The notes under the pieces: generated by a model
Databases searched by the model: none
What the model saw: only the letters and a program-made list of their open reading frames with translations
What the model was told of the DNA's origin: nothing
Made by a program: the position numbers and the translations under genes
Assembly (NCBI GenBank): GCA_023920165.1
Contig: CP089279.1
Coordinates: 2,108,001 to 2,172,000 of the forward strand
Length of the DNA stretch: 64,000 bases
Direction of reading: 5' to 3'
DNA from: Curvularia clavata
Lineage: Eukaryota
In this document: positions 49,411 to 62,541 of the stretch, in pieces
How positions within the stretch are numbered: the stretch's first letter is position 1
Layout of the letters: every line of letters starts with the position of its first letter

Positions 49411-50418
49411 ATGCGCGCCATTGCTCATTCAAGATCGCTTCTTCAAACTTCGGCTACTCGACTTGTTGCACAGAACCTGCGCCGTGCTTCAATTGCTACT
49501 CCACGACTTGCACATAGCTCCCAGAGACCAAGTGCGCGTAAACAACAACTAACACGACCCATTGCCAACATGTCCACTGAATCTACACAGTCTCAGGCAT
49601 GCTGCAACACGCCAGCTGTCGTCAGTCAGGGCTACCAGCCCAAGGGCGACTACATTCAGGTTGACGGCCTGAAGACATGTACGTTCATCAATGCACTACT
49701 ATAGTCGGTACTGACAGTAACCTAGATGCAACTGGTCCCAAGGATGCAAAGATGGGTATTCTGGTCGTCTACGACATTTTTGGCTTCTTCAATCAGACCC
49801 TGCAAGGAGCCGATATTCTCGCCTACACGGACAGCCAGAAGTACCAAGTCTTTATGCCTGACTTTTTCGAGGGCAGCCCAGCAGACATCTCCTGGATGCC
49901 ACCAGACACTGAGGAGAAGCAGAAGAACATGGGCGAGTTCTTCAAGACAAAGGCTGCGCCACCAAAGACATTGCCGCGTATCCCTAAGATCGTGGATGAG
50001 TTGAGCCAGAAGAATGGCATCGAGAAGTGGGCTATTATTGGCTTCTGCTGGGGCGGAAAGGTAGGCTGGTGTAATATTGCGAACCGGGGTATGCGCTAAC
50101 ACCAAACAGATTGTCAATCTTTCGTCCATGGAGGGCACAAAATTCAAGGTCGCAGCAGCATGCCACCCTGCTATGGTTGCTGGCGACGATGCGCCTGGCA
50201 TTACCATTCCCTACATCATGCTTCCATCTGGCGACGAGGACAAGGGCGACGTTCAGAAGTGGCAAGAGGGCATCAAGGTCCCGCATGTCGTCGAGTGGTT
50301 CCCAGACCAGATCCACGGCTGGATGGCGGCGCGCAGTGACTTGAGCAAGGACGAGGTGAAGAAGGGTTACGAGCGTGGATACAAGATGGTGTTGGATTTC
50401 TTCCATAAGCACATGTGA
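49411..50418 (+). CDS. Dienelactone hydrolase family protein
   Basis: ACCNTP, YDIFG, MPDFF, nucleophile elbow GFCWGG, HP, HGW. Introns 49679-49725 and 50061-50109. Second in-frame ATG at 49570. Confidence 0.9.
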
Positions 50419-51631
50419 GTTGAGAGATTTGGCGACTGTCGAGGGGAGACTGAGTTTGTTAGGGTTGGCGAGGCGAAGCTCTAGAGATGAAGTCTGGAGC
50501 AAGATCTGATGAGAATAATAATGAATCTACTGTTTACGCTACAAGTCAAGGGTACTGAGGTCTTGTGCGAGTGTCGCATTTAGCTACACTTCAATTGGTC
50601 GGGCGTAGCGAGCGAATGTTTAACTTTTGTAACACCTTACACCAGTCATGGATACAGAACTTTTATACTTGCTATCGACACCATCCGCGATGTCCGCCAA
50701 CTACCATCTATTAGCTCACTGTCAATACAACTCTCTTCTCCATACTGCCCCAATCCACATACAGTGGAGCCTGACAATATGCCCAAACCACCAATCGCAG
50801 TACCTGCGTATCACCACTCTCCCGACTAGCCAACCGCGAGCCATGGTTTAGAAAAATATTGTCACCACAAAAAAAGTCGAACAACGAACCATCGAAATAC
50901 GAAGTCTATCATGATGTGTGCATGTACTTTCCATCTCAGAGAGAAGAGTGTGTGCAAAGCAAAGGGAAAGAAGGATGTGACGGAGGAGGACATGAGACGC
51001 GGGAAGGAAGTGTAGAGAGAAGAGAGAAGATGTAAAACGTGTAGTAGGGTATGAAGGGGATGATATCAAGACATGGAAAGGCTAGGCGTTTGTATCTCCA
51101 GCCTCAATGTAGAAAGCTGAAACTATCGGCATAGCCACGACAGATGAAAAGTACCAAGCCTCCGTACAATTCCAAGAGAAAAAAAAAGATAGACAGAAGA
51201 AGGAGAGGCCATACACAAACGACTCAGTAATAGGACGCTAGACATGTATTATAGCACAACAAAGGGGATATATTCAAGACCACTTCTTACATACATATCT
51301 ACATCTTCTTTACCAACAACCCTGTATATGCATCTTGCATTCCCCACCTTCTCTAAACCTCCCCCCAACTTGAATAAAATGCAAAACAAAGGAGCGATAT
51401 AATGCCCGACTCTCGCCGATACCTCCCAGTATAACCCTAATCAAAGGAAAAGGAAAAGAAACGCCGCTAACAATGCAATGAAACTAGTAATTTCCCCAAA
51501 GCACAGCCCTTTTCTTTCTGAAAAAACAAACAAATGCTGGCTGGCTGGCTATAAATGACCGTAGATAAAAAAAAATGTCGTTAGATGCTAAACAAGTTGA
51601 AAAAAAAGTATTGCGCTTTCAACACTCAAGT

Positions 51632-54111
51632 CTATGCATATCGCATACTGCTCCTATGTACGGGCGGAGGCATCGGGACATCACCGTTGGTCGGCTGGCG
51701 ATTTGGTGTCCAAGCTGGGGGAGGACCACTCGGGGGCGGGTAACCATTATTGTTGTATTGGCCCATTGGGGGTTGACCCGTGGGACCATGTCTATGTCGT
51801 CTGCTGGAGCCACCATTTTGGCTGCTCTGGTAGGGCATGGGTGGCGGCGCAGCAGCAGCGTATTTCCTGAGTCTGGCTCGGCGACGGAAGGAGCGCAGAC
51901 AACAGCAGAAGATGCAGAGGAGGAGGGCACCGCCAACACCTGCGGCGATACCGATGACGACATTGAGATGGCGTTGGATCCAGGTGGTGATTTCTTTGCC
52001 GACGGAGCCGCCTTGACAGACACCCTGGGTTACTGTTAGTAAATTGCGAGAGGATATGGATGGTAAAGTTAACATACGTTTTGACAAGTTCCTCCTCCCG
52101 TGCAGCTTGTGCCGTCCAAAAAGTTCTGCTGCAGGCCATAGCACCTAGCACCAAATTCTGGGCTCGCACAGCTAAGCATACAGTTGCTGTTGTCACACGC
52201 ATATGTGTCGTTGCCTTGGGTGTAGCTGCCCATGATAGTCTTACACTGCATATCTCTGCTCGTGCACTGGCCAGAAGCGCATGTGAGCCCGTTGCCACAG
52301 TCAGAGCCATCTTGCTTTGTCTTGTCCTCGGGGCAGTATGGGGAGCTGCCAGTACATGTTTCTTCGGGATCGCACACACCGACGGAACTGCGGCAGACTG
52401 TGGTGGCCGAGGCGAATTTGCAGTCGCGGCAGCAGTCTTCATTGGAATCATCGCACTGAGCATTGTTGATAAACTTGCAGGTTGTTGGGTTGCAGCACTT
52501 GTTGTCTTTGCAGCCTGAGACACCACCGCAATCACATTCTTCATCGCCTTCAACGATACCGTTACCGCAAGTGGGTCCAGACAGCAGGGTGACATCGCGG
52601 TTGTTGGTCAGACACTGGGACTTGACACTGTTGCGTCCGAGCGCAGAGCAGATGTTACCAATGGTGCACGGAGAAAAGCGCGAGATGCCGTCCTTGGTCG
52701 ATGGGTTCATGATAAAGCCACCGTTGGCATCGCAACTATCCGCAGTAAAAGGACAGCACTGTTGGGCATTTACGACGTCCTTGTTGGCGCATGTTTGCGA
52801 AGTGCAGTCGTGTACGGCGCCGTAAGTGTGACCTGTCTCGTGGGCAATGACCTCCCATTCGTTGTCGGTCCTGATAACTACGTTGGCACCCGCAACTGTC
52901 TCACCAGCGCTACCCGTATTATCTTGGGAGCCCTGGGTACAGGCCTGTCCCAGCCACGCGAGTCCGACGGCAGATCCAGTGTTGCAGGTCGACAAAAGGG
53001 TCCAGTGAGAATAGCTGTCGCTTTGCTGTCCTCTCCACTTTGAAAATTGGTTCAAACGGTCTTGAATTGAGATGCTGTTGCTGCAGGCCTGGTTCCAGGG
53101 GGTTGCTTGTTGCTGCTGTGTGGGGCAGTCCGACTCGGTAATGAGGAGGTTGGCGACACCAAGGGAGATGTTGAAGGAGCTCTCGAAGACCTCGGAAGCC
53201 GAGTTCATTGCGGCCATGATGTTGGACTGGGTTTTGTTCTTGTCTCCATTAAAGGACGAGACGTAGGTGCAGTCGGCAGCTACGCCTACCAGCGCGACCT
53301 TGCGCGTACTGGGACATCCGGCAGTCTTTCCAATGGTAGACGAGAGGTCAACACCAGCACCGTTGCCTCCGGGCTGGAGGTCGTCCTGTCGCTTGAACAT
53401 GGATGTGATGAGAGAAGGCGACATGGCCGAGGCCTCGTCTCGCGCGCGCATGCTCGCATACACGGGATGGTGTTCCTGCGTGTTAAAAATGAGCTCGTCT
53501 GAAGGGCATCCAACTTCTTTTGATCTCTTTTTCAGTTCCATGTTTTCGCCCGAGTACCGGCCTTTGCCCATGTCTGAGTCGCGGAAGACGACCATGAAGT
53601 CCTTGTCGCGCAAGTCGACGTCAGGGTCCTCGGACAGGCGCGTGGCCTTGTAGCTGGATGCGGTTTTCACATGGTGGTGGTCGTGGTTGATAGAAAAGGT
53701 TCCTTCGAATAGCGGTTCCAGGCCATCCTCGCGCAAGCCAATGCGCGCCCATCCGACATTGTCCCATCGGTTACCTCTCTTGAGCCAGGTCTTGCCCTTG
53801 TAAAGCTTGTGCTGCAGGCGGTCTATGGGCTCTGAGCGGGCTATGGAGCCGTCTGCGTTGAGATGTGTGATGCGGCCGCCCTCGACAAACAGGTCGTGGT
53901 TCGGCTCGAGGCTGAGGCGGATGCGTTGGCCCGACACGTCGAATGCCAGGTCGAAGGAGGACACGGCAGTTACACGGTGTGTTTGGGTGAGGATATCGGC
54001 ATTCTTGACGCGAGCAATTCGTTGCAATGGTTCACGGGCGTGCGAGGCAGCGGTTGCTATGGTGGCGAGGCCAAGGACAAAGGCAGTCTGTAGACTGCCA
54101 AAGAGGCGCAT
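51632..54111 (-). CDS. ADAM family zinc metalloprotease (fungal ADM-type)
   Basis: Signal peptide MRLFGSLQ, HETGHTYGAVHD, Met-turn FIMNP, disintegrin CGNGIVEGDEECDCG, TM segment after intron 52025-52077. Confidence 0.93.
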
Positions 54112-54900
54112 TCTCAAATCGGGTGGCGGTGCTCTCCGTCCAGGAGATGGGGCCAGAAAGGGGATTGCAGAGGAAGGGGACGCGGACAGCCAAATACTAA
54201 CAGCGCGCAGCGAGAGACATGGGTGGGCAAGAGTGTGTCGGGAGAGTATATGGGCAGCAAAGGCTAGCAAGAGGCAAAATGGGCTATTACAGAGCAACTG
54301 GACAGTGGATGGAGTCGTAATCGTTGTGCACAGCCCCTGCCAGCCTCTAGCTTGGCGGCCGGATAGCGGAAGCAACGAGGGGGGCCTGGGCGCGACACGG
54401 ATGAAACTTTGGCCCTCTGCTGCTCACCCAAATGCCGCCCGAGGCCCACGACGGCTGCGTTACTGGCTGCTATACGCCCGCGTGCGCTTCAGTGGGTGCG
54501 CTACACCTGACAGCTCCCATTCTCGTTACCGCAAACTGAGTCGGCGGAAGGGGGAACGGGGAGCGGATGAGGGGTGCCATGCAACCGTCAGTCCCGTCGT
54601 GCAGTGCACCAAGCCTTTTGACATGGATAAATGCGACGTAGGACAAGCGCCCAAACACCTTGGTTCTCCTGCTACAGCGCGCGCATACCCCAAGCGTCTC
54701 ATGGTCTGAACGCTTGTACTTGGCGCCTCTCATAAATCAAAATAGAACCAACCATTCAGCTGCCAGCCTTGCCGACTTGGTTGCTAGGTTGCATTTATTT
54801 ACTACTACTCCTCCATACTACAGCTACCTGCATTATTGATTCCCCAACCGACTCCCAACCGGTTGCCATCCCAACCGTCCCTAGCCATTCATCGCGTCCG

Positions 54901-57414
54901 CTATTTCTTCTTCGATTGGTGCACAATGTCAATGATCTTCTCGACTATTGACGGGTCCGAAAGCTGTCCGAACTAGTTAGCCCGCATCATCCCACAAAGT
55001 ACGCGTCTTCGTCACCACCACCAAGGAAAAATATTCGGCATTTGTCCCACTTACCGTTGTAATGTCGCCCAGCTGGTCCTCCTCTCCCGCCAAGATCTTG
55101 CGCATGATGCGACGCATAATCTTGCCCGATCGCGTCTTGGGCAGGTCTGGCACCACAAAAATCGCCTTGGGTGCGGCAAATGGCCCAATCGACTTGCGCA
55201 CCTGCATCACCAAGTCCTTCTTCACCTGTTCGCTTGTCTCGGCACCGTCCTTGAGCGCCACAAACGCATTGACCGCCTGTCCAGTGAGCTCGTCATGGAT
55301 ACCCACCACGGCCGCCTCAGCCACTTGATCTGCGTAATCGTCAGCCACCTGCATCTCCCATTTGGTCGTCGTTTCGGCTTACGGTGCTCAATAAGCGCGG
55401 CTTCGATTTCCGCAGTAGACAGCCTGTGTCCCGAGACATTGACAACGTCGTCGACACGGCCCCGGATCCAGTAGTACCCCTCGTGATCACGCCCCGCACC
55501 GTCTCCAGTGAACTGTCTATAGTTAGCAACCCTACGGTGGTTTTTTTTGTTTGTTTGTTTTTTGTTTTTGCATCTTCAAACTTACGTAGTAGCCCTTGTA
55601 AACGTTCAGGTATGTCTCCATGTACCGTCTGTGCGCTCCCCACACTGTGCGTGCCATGCTGGGCCATGGCTGCTTGAAGGCCAGTACGCCCTCAACGTCG
55701 TTGCCGTGAATCTCCTCGCCAGAGACGGGGTCAATAATAGCAGGCTCAATGCCAAAGAAGGGCAGAGACGCTGATCCAGGCTTGGTGGGTGTAATACCTC
55801 CCAAGGGCGTAATGACGTGAGAGCCGGTCTCGGTTTGCCAGTATGTCTATCAAACATCAGCACAGTATCTCGCAAAGCACACCACTGCAGGAAAACTCAC
55901 GTCAACAACATGCGCCTCCTCCTTGCCAACAACCTCAAAATACCACTTCCAGACCTCAGCAGCAATTGGCTCACCAACGGATCCGAGCACTCTCAGCTTC
56001 TTCATGTCATGCTTGACATGCTCATCACCTGCACGCTTGAGCAGCCGCAGCGCCGTTGGCGCAACGTAGAACTGGCTGACGTTGTGCTTGGCAACAATGT
56101 CCCAGTAGCGCGAAAAGTTGGGGTAAGCAGGTGTGCCCTCAAAAACAACAGTAGCTACACCGAGCAGCAGAGGGGCGTAGACAACATACGTGTGGCCTGT
56201 GATCCAGCCTACATCACCGCCACAGAAAAAGACGTCGTTGTCGTGGATATCGAAGACATACTTTCCAGTTGCCGCAGCTCCGACAAGGTAGCCTCCGGTT
56301 GTGTGCATGACACCCTTGGGCTTGCCCGTGGAGCCAGATGTGTAGAGCAAGAAGAGAGGGTCTTCCGAGTTCATTGGCTCTGGTGGAATGTAGTTGGGCC
56401 ACTTGTCCACCTCTTCGTGCCACCACCAGTCCCGGCCCTTTGTCCAGGGCACCTCGGCGCCGGTGCGCTTGTAGACCAGGCAGTGAGTGATGCCCGAGCA
56501 CTGCTTGAGCGCATCGTCGACAATCTTCTTGGTGCTAATGGTCTTGCCACCGCGCTTGCCCTCGTCCGTGGTGATGACAACCTTGCACTCTGCATCGTTG
56601 ATACGGTCACGCAGCGAGTCCGACGAGAAGCCTGCAAAGACGACAGAGTGGATGGCGCCAATGCGCGTGCATGCCAGGAAGGAAATGACGGCCTCGGGAA
56701 TCATGGGCAGGTAGAGAGCGACTGTGTCGCCCTTGCGCACGCCCATCTCCTTGAGTGTGTAGGCTAGCTTGGAGACCTGGCGGAGCAGCTCTCCATATGT
56801 GATGATGCGGCCGTCGCCCTCGTCGTCGGCCTCGTAGATGATGGCGGGCTTGTTGGGGTCCTTGAAGGCATGGCGGTCGACGCAGTTGTAGCTGGCATTG
56901 AGTCTGCCTTCGAGGAACCAAGCATTGTCGCCGTTCTCAAAGCTGCCCGAGTGTACGGTTTGGAAGTCGCGCTCCCACGTGAGCAGCTCGCGTGCTAGCT
57001 TGCCCCAGAAGCCCTTGGGGTTGGTGATGGACTCCTTGTACAGCTTCTGGTACTCTTCTAGGTTTTCAAGATGCGGCTTCGAGTGCGGATGCTTGCTGCA
57101 CAGCGGAACAAGAAGAAAACACAGGTCAGCTGCTGGTCGTACAGAAATGCTCACTTGGTTGATTGTAATAATGATAACAATAATAATCGCGTGTCGCCAA
57201 TTCGGCCTAACGCTCGGCGCCGCGGGGTCACCCCGCCCAGCTGCGAGCTCGTCGAGCTTGCAACGACGCCGCCGCCGTCATGGTCTTGGTACATGATGCA
57301 ACAACCAAAGAAACGCTCGACTCACTCGAAAAAGGCCTTTGGGACATGGAAGGTGTCGACCTCGTGGGCCTCTGCCACAACGGGCGCCGACGGCTTGACA
57401 TCGCCTTCGGACAT
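54901..57414 (-). CDS. facA: Acetyl-CoA synthetase
   Basis: [55 protein letters not shown]. Several introns. Ends [20 protein letters not shown]. Confidence 0.95.
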
Positions 57415-59119
57415 TGTGTTTTTACCGGCGTGTGTCGCCTTTGGGTGGGGTGAGTTGAAACGAGAGAGCTCGGCTTTGGCGCGCTGGAAATTCGGCGACG
57501 GGGAGCAGGGTCGAAGGATTGAGCGCCGCGGGCGAGCGAGAGTGAAAACGGGTCTCTGGAGTAGCAGATATATATGTCCGTCTCAGAGGCCGGGTAAAGG
57601 GGTCGGCGAATACTGCTCGACTTGCTGCAGGGGCCGCTCAGTCGAAGGCTGCTTGATCTGCGCGAAGGCGAGCTTGCAGGCAAAGTGGAGCGGCGCGTTT
57701 CTACTTGAAGTCGAGGAAATATCGAGGATGGGCCGCGGCATGCGAGTAGGCCATGCAATGGGCAAAGGGCTATCCTTATGAAGAAAGCCGTGCCCGCGGC
57801 GACGACTGCTGCTGTGGCCCTTTGGTGTACCCCTCCCGTGCCACTCGCGCGGGGACATGGAATATGACGAACCCTCTGCTGCTTGTCTTTGGCTGGGCCC
57901 ACCCTCCTTTGCGAGCCAATGCGCATCCCATCAGCCACGCGCTCCGTTGCTCCGGATTATTAGTCGAGGCCGCCTGCGACCGTCGGTCAAGTCACTTTTC
58001 CCTCGGCCATGTCGATCCTGCAGGTCCATCGCCATTGTTTCTGCGTGGCCGTGAGAGGTTGCTCGTGGTTGCGGCTGTGTGGAATGCATATTTCCGCGAC
58101 ATTTTGGCTGTGCATGCGGCGACGTCTCTCCAATGCCCGATATACGGGCTCTCCAAAGAAGTAGGGCAGCTCGGATAGACAACCGGCCCACTCATTCGCA
58201 TGAGGGCTAGACAATTAGCGTCCGAACAGACCCTAATTGGCCCGCCGCTTATGTAGGTGCAGCCCTTCCCAATGGTACTTTTGCCAGTGTTGGGAGCGTC
58301 AGAAGACACTGCATAGCGCGGCCCCAGTGACGCCGGGACAGTCTTGCAGAAGGCTCGTGAGACTCCAACAAAATCCACTCATCCTCTCTCCCCAAGGTCC
58401 AGCTACCGTGTACATGCAAATGGGCAACCTGTGGAGACGGGTCGCATGTACCTCCCTGAAGGAATGAGGCTTGACCATGCCATGAGACCAAGACTAGCAT
58501 CAGTCTCGCGCCAACTCGGACGCCAATTCGGGCGTGGGGAAAGGGAACTTGGCCTTGTGCATGTCCGAGGCAAACGCACCGGCAATTCTTACTGCAGCCC
58601 TGATCCCGTGTGCGCTTATGCCAGCCCGTCTCATTCGTGGATGTAAGCTGCAAATAACATAGGCTACAATATTGAATATTGCTGCTCGAGTGCGGCGTCG
58701 TGTGCGGTCTAAGCTAAGCTTTGTTGTGGCTGTGAGCAATCTATTTCGTCTGCTATCGGCAGACGTCTATCTGGCCTGTACTCTCCAGAGAGTGCAGGGC
58801 AGAATTGTGTCAAAGTATGTAGTCGTACAATTGAAATGCCAAAGCACAAGACTCCAATGCTGTTATCTTGGTACTTGCACTTCCGTCGTCATAGCGACTG
58901 ACTATCAGCCTTGGTGACTACCACGCAGCATTGGCTGACGTTAGCCAGGGTCTGGGCATGTACTGCGGATAGCCAATGAAACAGAGTATCCTAGCACAGG
59001 ACCCCAGATGCGGAGCCCCGCAGAACAGTGGCAGCCAGAGACGTCTTGTCACCCAGTTTCAAGGCAAAAGGAAAATGCATCGACAATGTAGAAAGCGACA
59101 TGGCATTGACATGTTCAGA

Positions 59120-60591
59120 TTACATTCCTACGACCGTGCCCTCTACGACCATGGTTTCCTGCTCTTCACCATGTGTGACTGTGCGCTTCACCAACCCTGG
59201 ACTAATCAATACGCCTCCCCTACCAGCCCCTTCCCATTGAAACTCATACCTGTCCGGCTGTCCAAATAACCAGATACTAATTTCCAGTGCTTCCATGATA
59301 ATGAACGTTAGATCCTCGTCTCTTTGATGATCACTGGATGTGGGATTTGCCCAGGGGAAAAATGTCAGAGAAAAGTGCTCAGCTGCCTCACGAGCACTGG
59401 ATTGAGCCATCCAAGACTGACGGGACTCACGTGTACCAGCCGTAGTGGTATAGAGGTATGCGCTGACCCGTCTGAGCAAAGAAGCTGCTGCTACAACGTT
59501 CGAATCTACATACAGTGTTAGTTGATAATCAGGAGTAAGATTGAATACAAGAAGAACATACCAGAGCTGTTACTTCGACTCCCTACTTCTGCGCCACTGA
59601 GTTCCTCTGGAAACAACGTGCCTGCGCCCTCGCCCTGCGTCTTCGAGCCCGTTATGCTCAGGACATACGCCACGAGCGCATACTTGAGCGCCGTAGTAGG
59701 GCTTGAGCACTCCCGCAGCAACTCCGTCATGTCCACACCCCTGGCCCCAAAGCTAGCAATTCCAGTTTCCATACTCGGCGTGATACTGGCATGTACGTCG
59801 CGGTAGTTTCGCTCAATGTGCTCATGCATCTTCTCAAACAGACCCGAAACTCTCTCGCATACCTGACCATCGTGGGCAGCCGGCGGTAGAAAACCAGCGA
59901 TATCCGTGTGGGCGGTATTTTCCATAGCCACTACAAGTGGCATTGCGGGAGGTGGAACCGCTCGACGAGCTATCATAGGCGTCTGGGACACCTGTACATA
60001 CGGGCTATGTACATCTCCTAGACTACCCAAGCTTTTGTCTAGCTCAGGTGCTGAATGCCCATAACTCTGGTACCCGGTCCCTCGAATGTCGCCCTCTCCT
60101 TGCTTGTTCCGGCGCTTAAAGAGAAAGAACGCTGCGATGAATGCGAGGACTGCACCAATGATCAGAGTTCCAATGGCAATGCCTGCTACTGCTCCCGAGC
60201 TCAATCCATGCTTGTTCCCAGGCGCCTCTACCGCTCCAACGGGTACCAACGTGGGATCTGTATCGGTTGCAGTTGGCAATGAAGTAGCTATTACAGTGGT
60301 CTTCACTATGCTGGAGGTAGTAGTTGTACCCATTGATCCGTTGGACCCTAATTCCCCTCCAACCAGCGTATTGGACGTGTCAGTCGGTTCCTCTTGCTCT
60401 GTAGTAGTCTGTGCCGTCCGCGAAAACACATCATGCGTATCTGGCAGTACGCCGTTTTCCTCCACCACACCCAATGGACACATTATCACTGTACCGTCAT
60501 CACCGTAACACCGCGGACGGGCTGCCTTCTGACCACGTGGACGCAGCCCAGAAGCCTCATTCCTGGCTCTTGCGCTCAGAAGTTGCGCCAT
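59120..60591 (-). CDS. Hypothetical single-pass membrane protein
   Basis: Thr-rich region, TM AVAGIAIGTLIIGAVLAFIAAFFLF-KRR. An intron at ~59506-59561 joins the 59120-59479 ORF in frame. Start codon uncertain. Confidence 0.7.
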
Positions 60592-62541
60592 ATCCTAACA
60601 AACACCTCCAGATTTGAATGGGTAAAGCGAAAGTCGAGCAAGAGGAGGGCGAAAAGGGAGATCAACAGTCCAAAACAGCAGCAGCGTAAGAAAAAGAAAC
60701 AAGAGAGAGAGAGCACCAAACCCGGTGCGACTGCGGCGGCGAGCGAGCTGAAGAGTAAGACAAACTTGCATCGCTTCCATCCAAGCGTCAATGAGGCATC
60801 CAGCTCAGCCTCGCATCCTCCAGCTTTGCTGCGCGGACACCGATGCATCCACTCGGGACAATCAAAAACTGCTTACTGTCGCACTACATTCCTTCCCCGC
60901 CTATCCTTCATAGTGCTGATGGCCGCCCCCGCTGCTGAAGTTCCAGATAGCGCACATGACATGCAGTGGTGCTGATACGAACTTGAACCCAAAATATGTA
61001 CTCTACATATCGATAGTCGGGCTAGGGTGGGGGCGGCTTTGCCCCAATGAGGTATAGAATGACAATTTTGGGGGCTGCGCAGAGCGACACTACGCCGCGC
61101 CGTCGCCCGCGCTGATGGGTTGACATAGCCTCGCTGTAAGGCGTCGTGCTACAGGGCGCGGTTGTTGTGAACGGTTGTGCAGTATGTACGTGTGCATCAA
61201 ACCCCGCACAAGCGTGGTCAGCGGAGAATATCGAAAAATAAAGGAATAAAGAATCTAAGGCTGATTCTGGAATATGTGGGTGGCTAAAGAGCTCAAATGC
61301 AGTATCACATCGTGTGGCACTTTTTTCTTTCTTCTCCCCATAACTCTGAAACCATTTCAGCTCCTTGTACAAGCATCGCCGCCGCCATGCCATAGACTCA
61401 AGAAAATTGTTCGACCCATGCCTTTCCATCCTGTTGTGTCTGCCCCACTTAACGCTCTTGCATCCCCACTTGCGACTGCGGCCCTTTGTTCCTAGTAGGT
61501 TCCCTAGGTAGGTAAACTAATGGGGGCACTGACCAGGTCTACAAATAGCATAAAATTACAAATTACCGTTTGGTGTCTTTTTGAAAGAAAAGCAGCCTAG
61601 GTAAAGGAAGGTCTATATCTAGGATTTGTTTTGGATGCAAAGGTTTGAACAAATGTAAAGAGAGGTGGAGGAAGAGGTAAAAAGCTTGTTTGATACTACA
61701 TATACAGACATGTTGTTTTCTAGACCTGAGAGACACATAGAAGACTTGGTGTAGGAATACACTCGCTTGCACAATCGGTTTCGGGTCTGCGCATTATATG
61801 GAATACTGAGCCTACATGAGCTCTCCCTTGCTTAGCATAGCCTTAACTTTTATGGAAATAGCCCTAGTGTATAGGTGCTACTAGTTACTCGAGAAGGCGA
61901 AAGCTCACTAACAGTCATCGCGATATCACATGGTGTGTATGGAGCACAGCAGCAAAGACAGTAATAAAGAAAATAACCAAAACACTCGCATCCTGACTTT
62001 ACGGATAAGTTGTGTTAAGCTACATCGTGATATCGCTAGATAATATTCTGCTAGGGATCATATGATCGATTATGACGTGCTGCGATTCTGCGATTCTGGG
62101 GGCCATGGCGAGTTTGTATGCCACAGGTAGTAGGTTGCGGGGAAGACTGTTGACATTTGGTTATCCGCAACGTATGATCGAGCCGCAGTATTGGCGCGAA
62201 TTTCCTCACAGGCCAATAATCTTCGCAAAGCCATCGCTGCATCTCAAAGACGTCCCTGGTAGCAGGGCTTGAACCACCGATCATATGGTCGTCAAACGGC
62301 ATATGTAGGTGCAGTTGTTATCGAACTGTATTTAGGCAGTGGCTCAGCCTTGGAATCCGTGACTCGATGGATGCGCTGAACGTTGCAGCCCAGCCGCACG
62401 CCTATCAGGGTATACAGCTTCACTACCCCTCTGCTACGGAACAGCCGATCCTTTGATATCGACACACAAAATACTTGACTGAATGACAACGTGATCTAAC
62501 ACAATAGTGTAAACCTGTCATCCAGACGACGGTGTGGAGAC

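Noticed and set aside
54112..54375. In-frame N-terminal extension of the ADAM ORF
   Set aside because: Starts at a non-ATG codon; the signal peptide begins at ATG 54111.
55817..56767. 316-aa plus-strand ORF
   Set aside because: Antisense to acetyl-CoA synthetase; explained by codon bias.
60800..62500. Searched for a HeLo/HET-S partner or transposon remnant upstream of the NACHT gene
   Set aside because: No recognisable ORF, terminal repeat or domain; only AT-rich, possibly decayed sequence.
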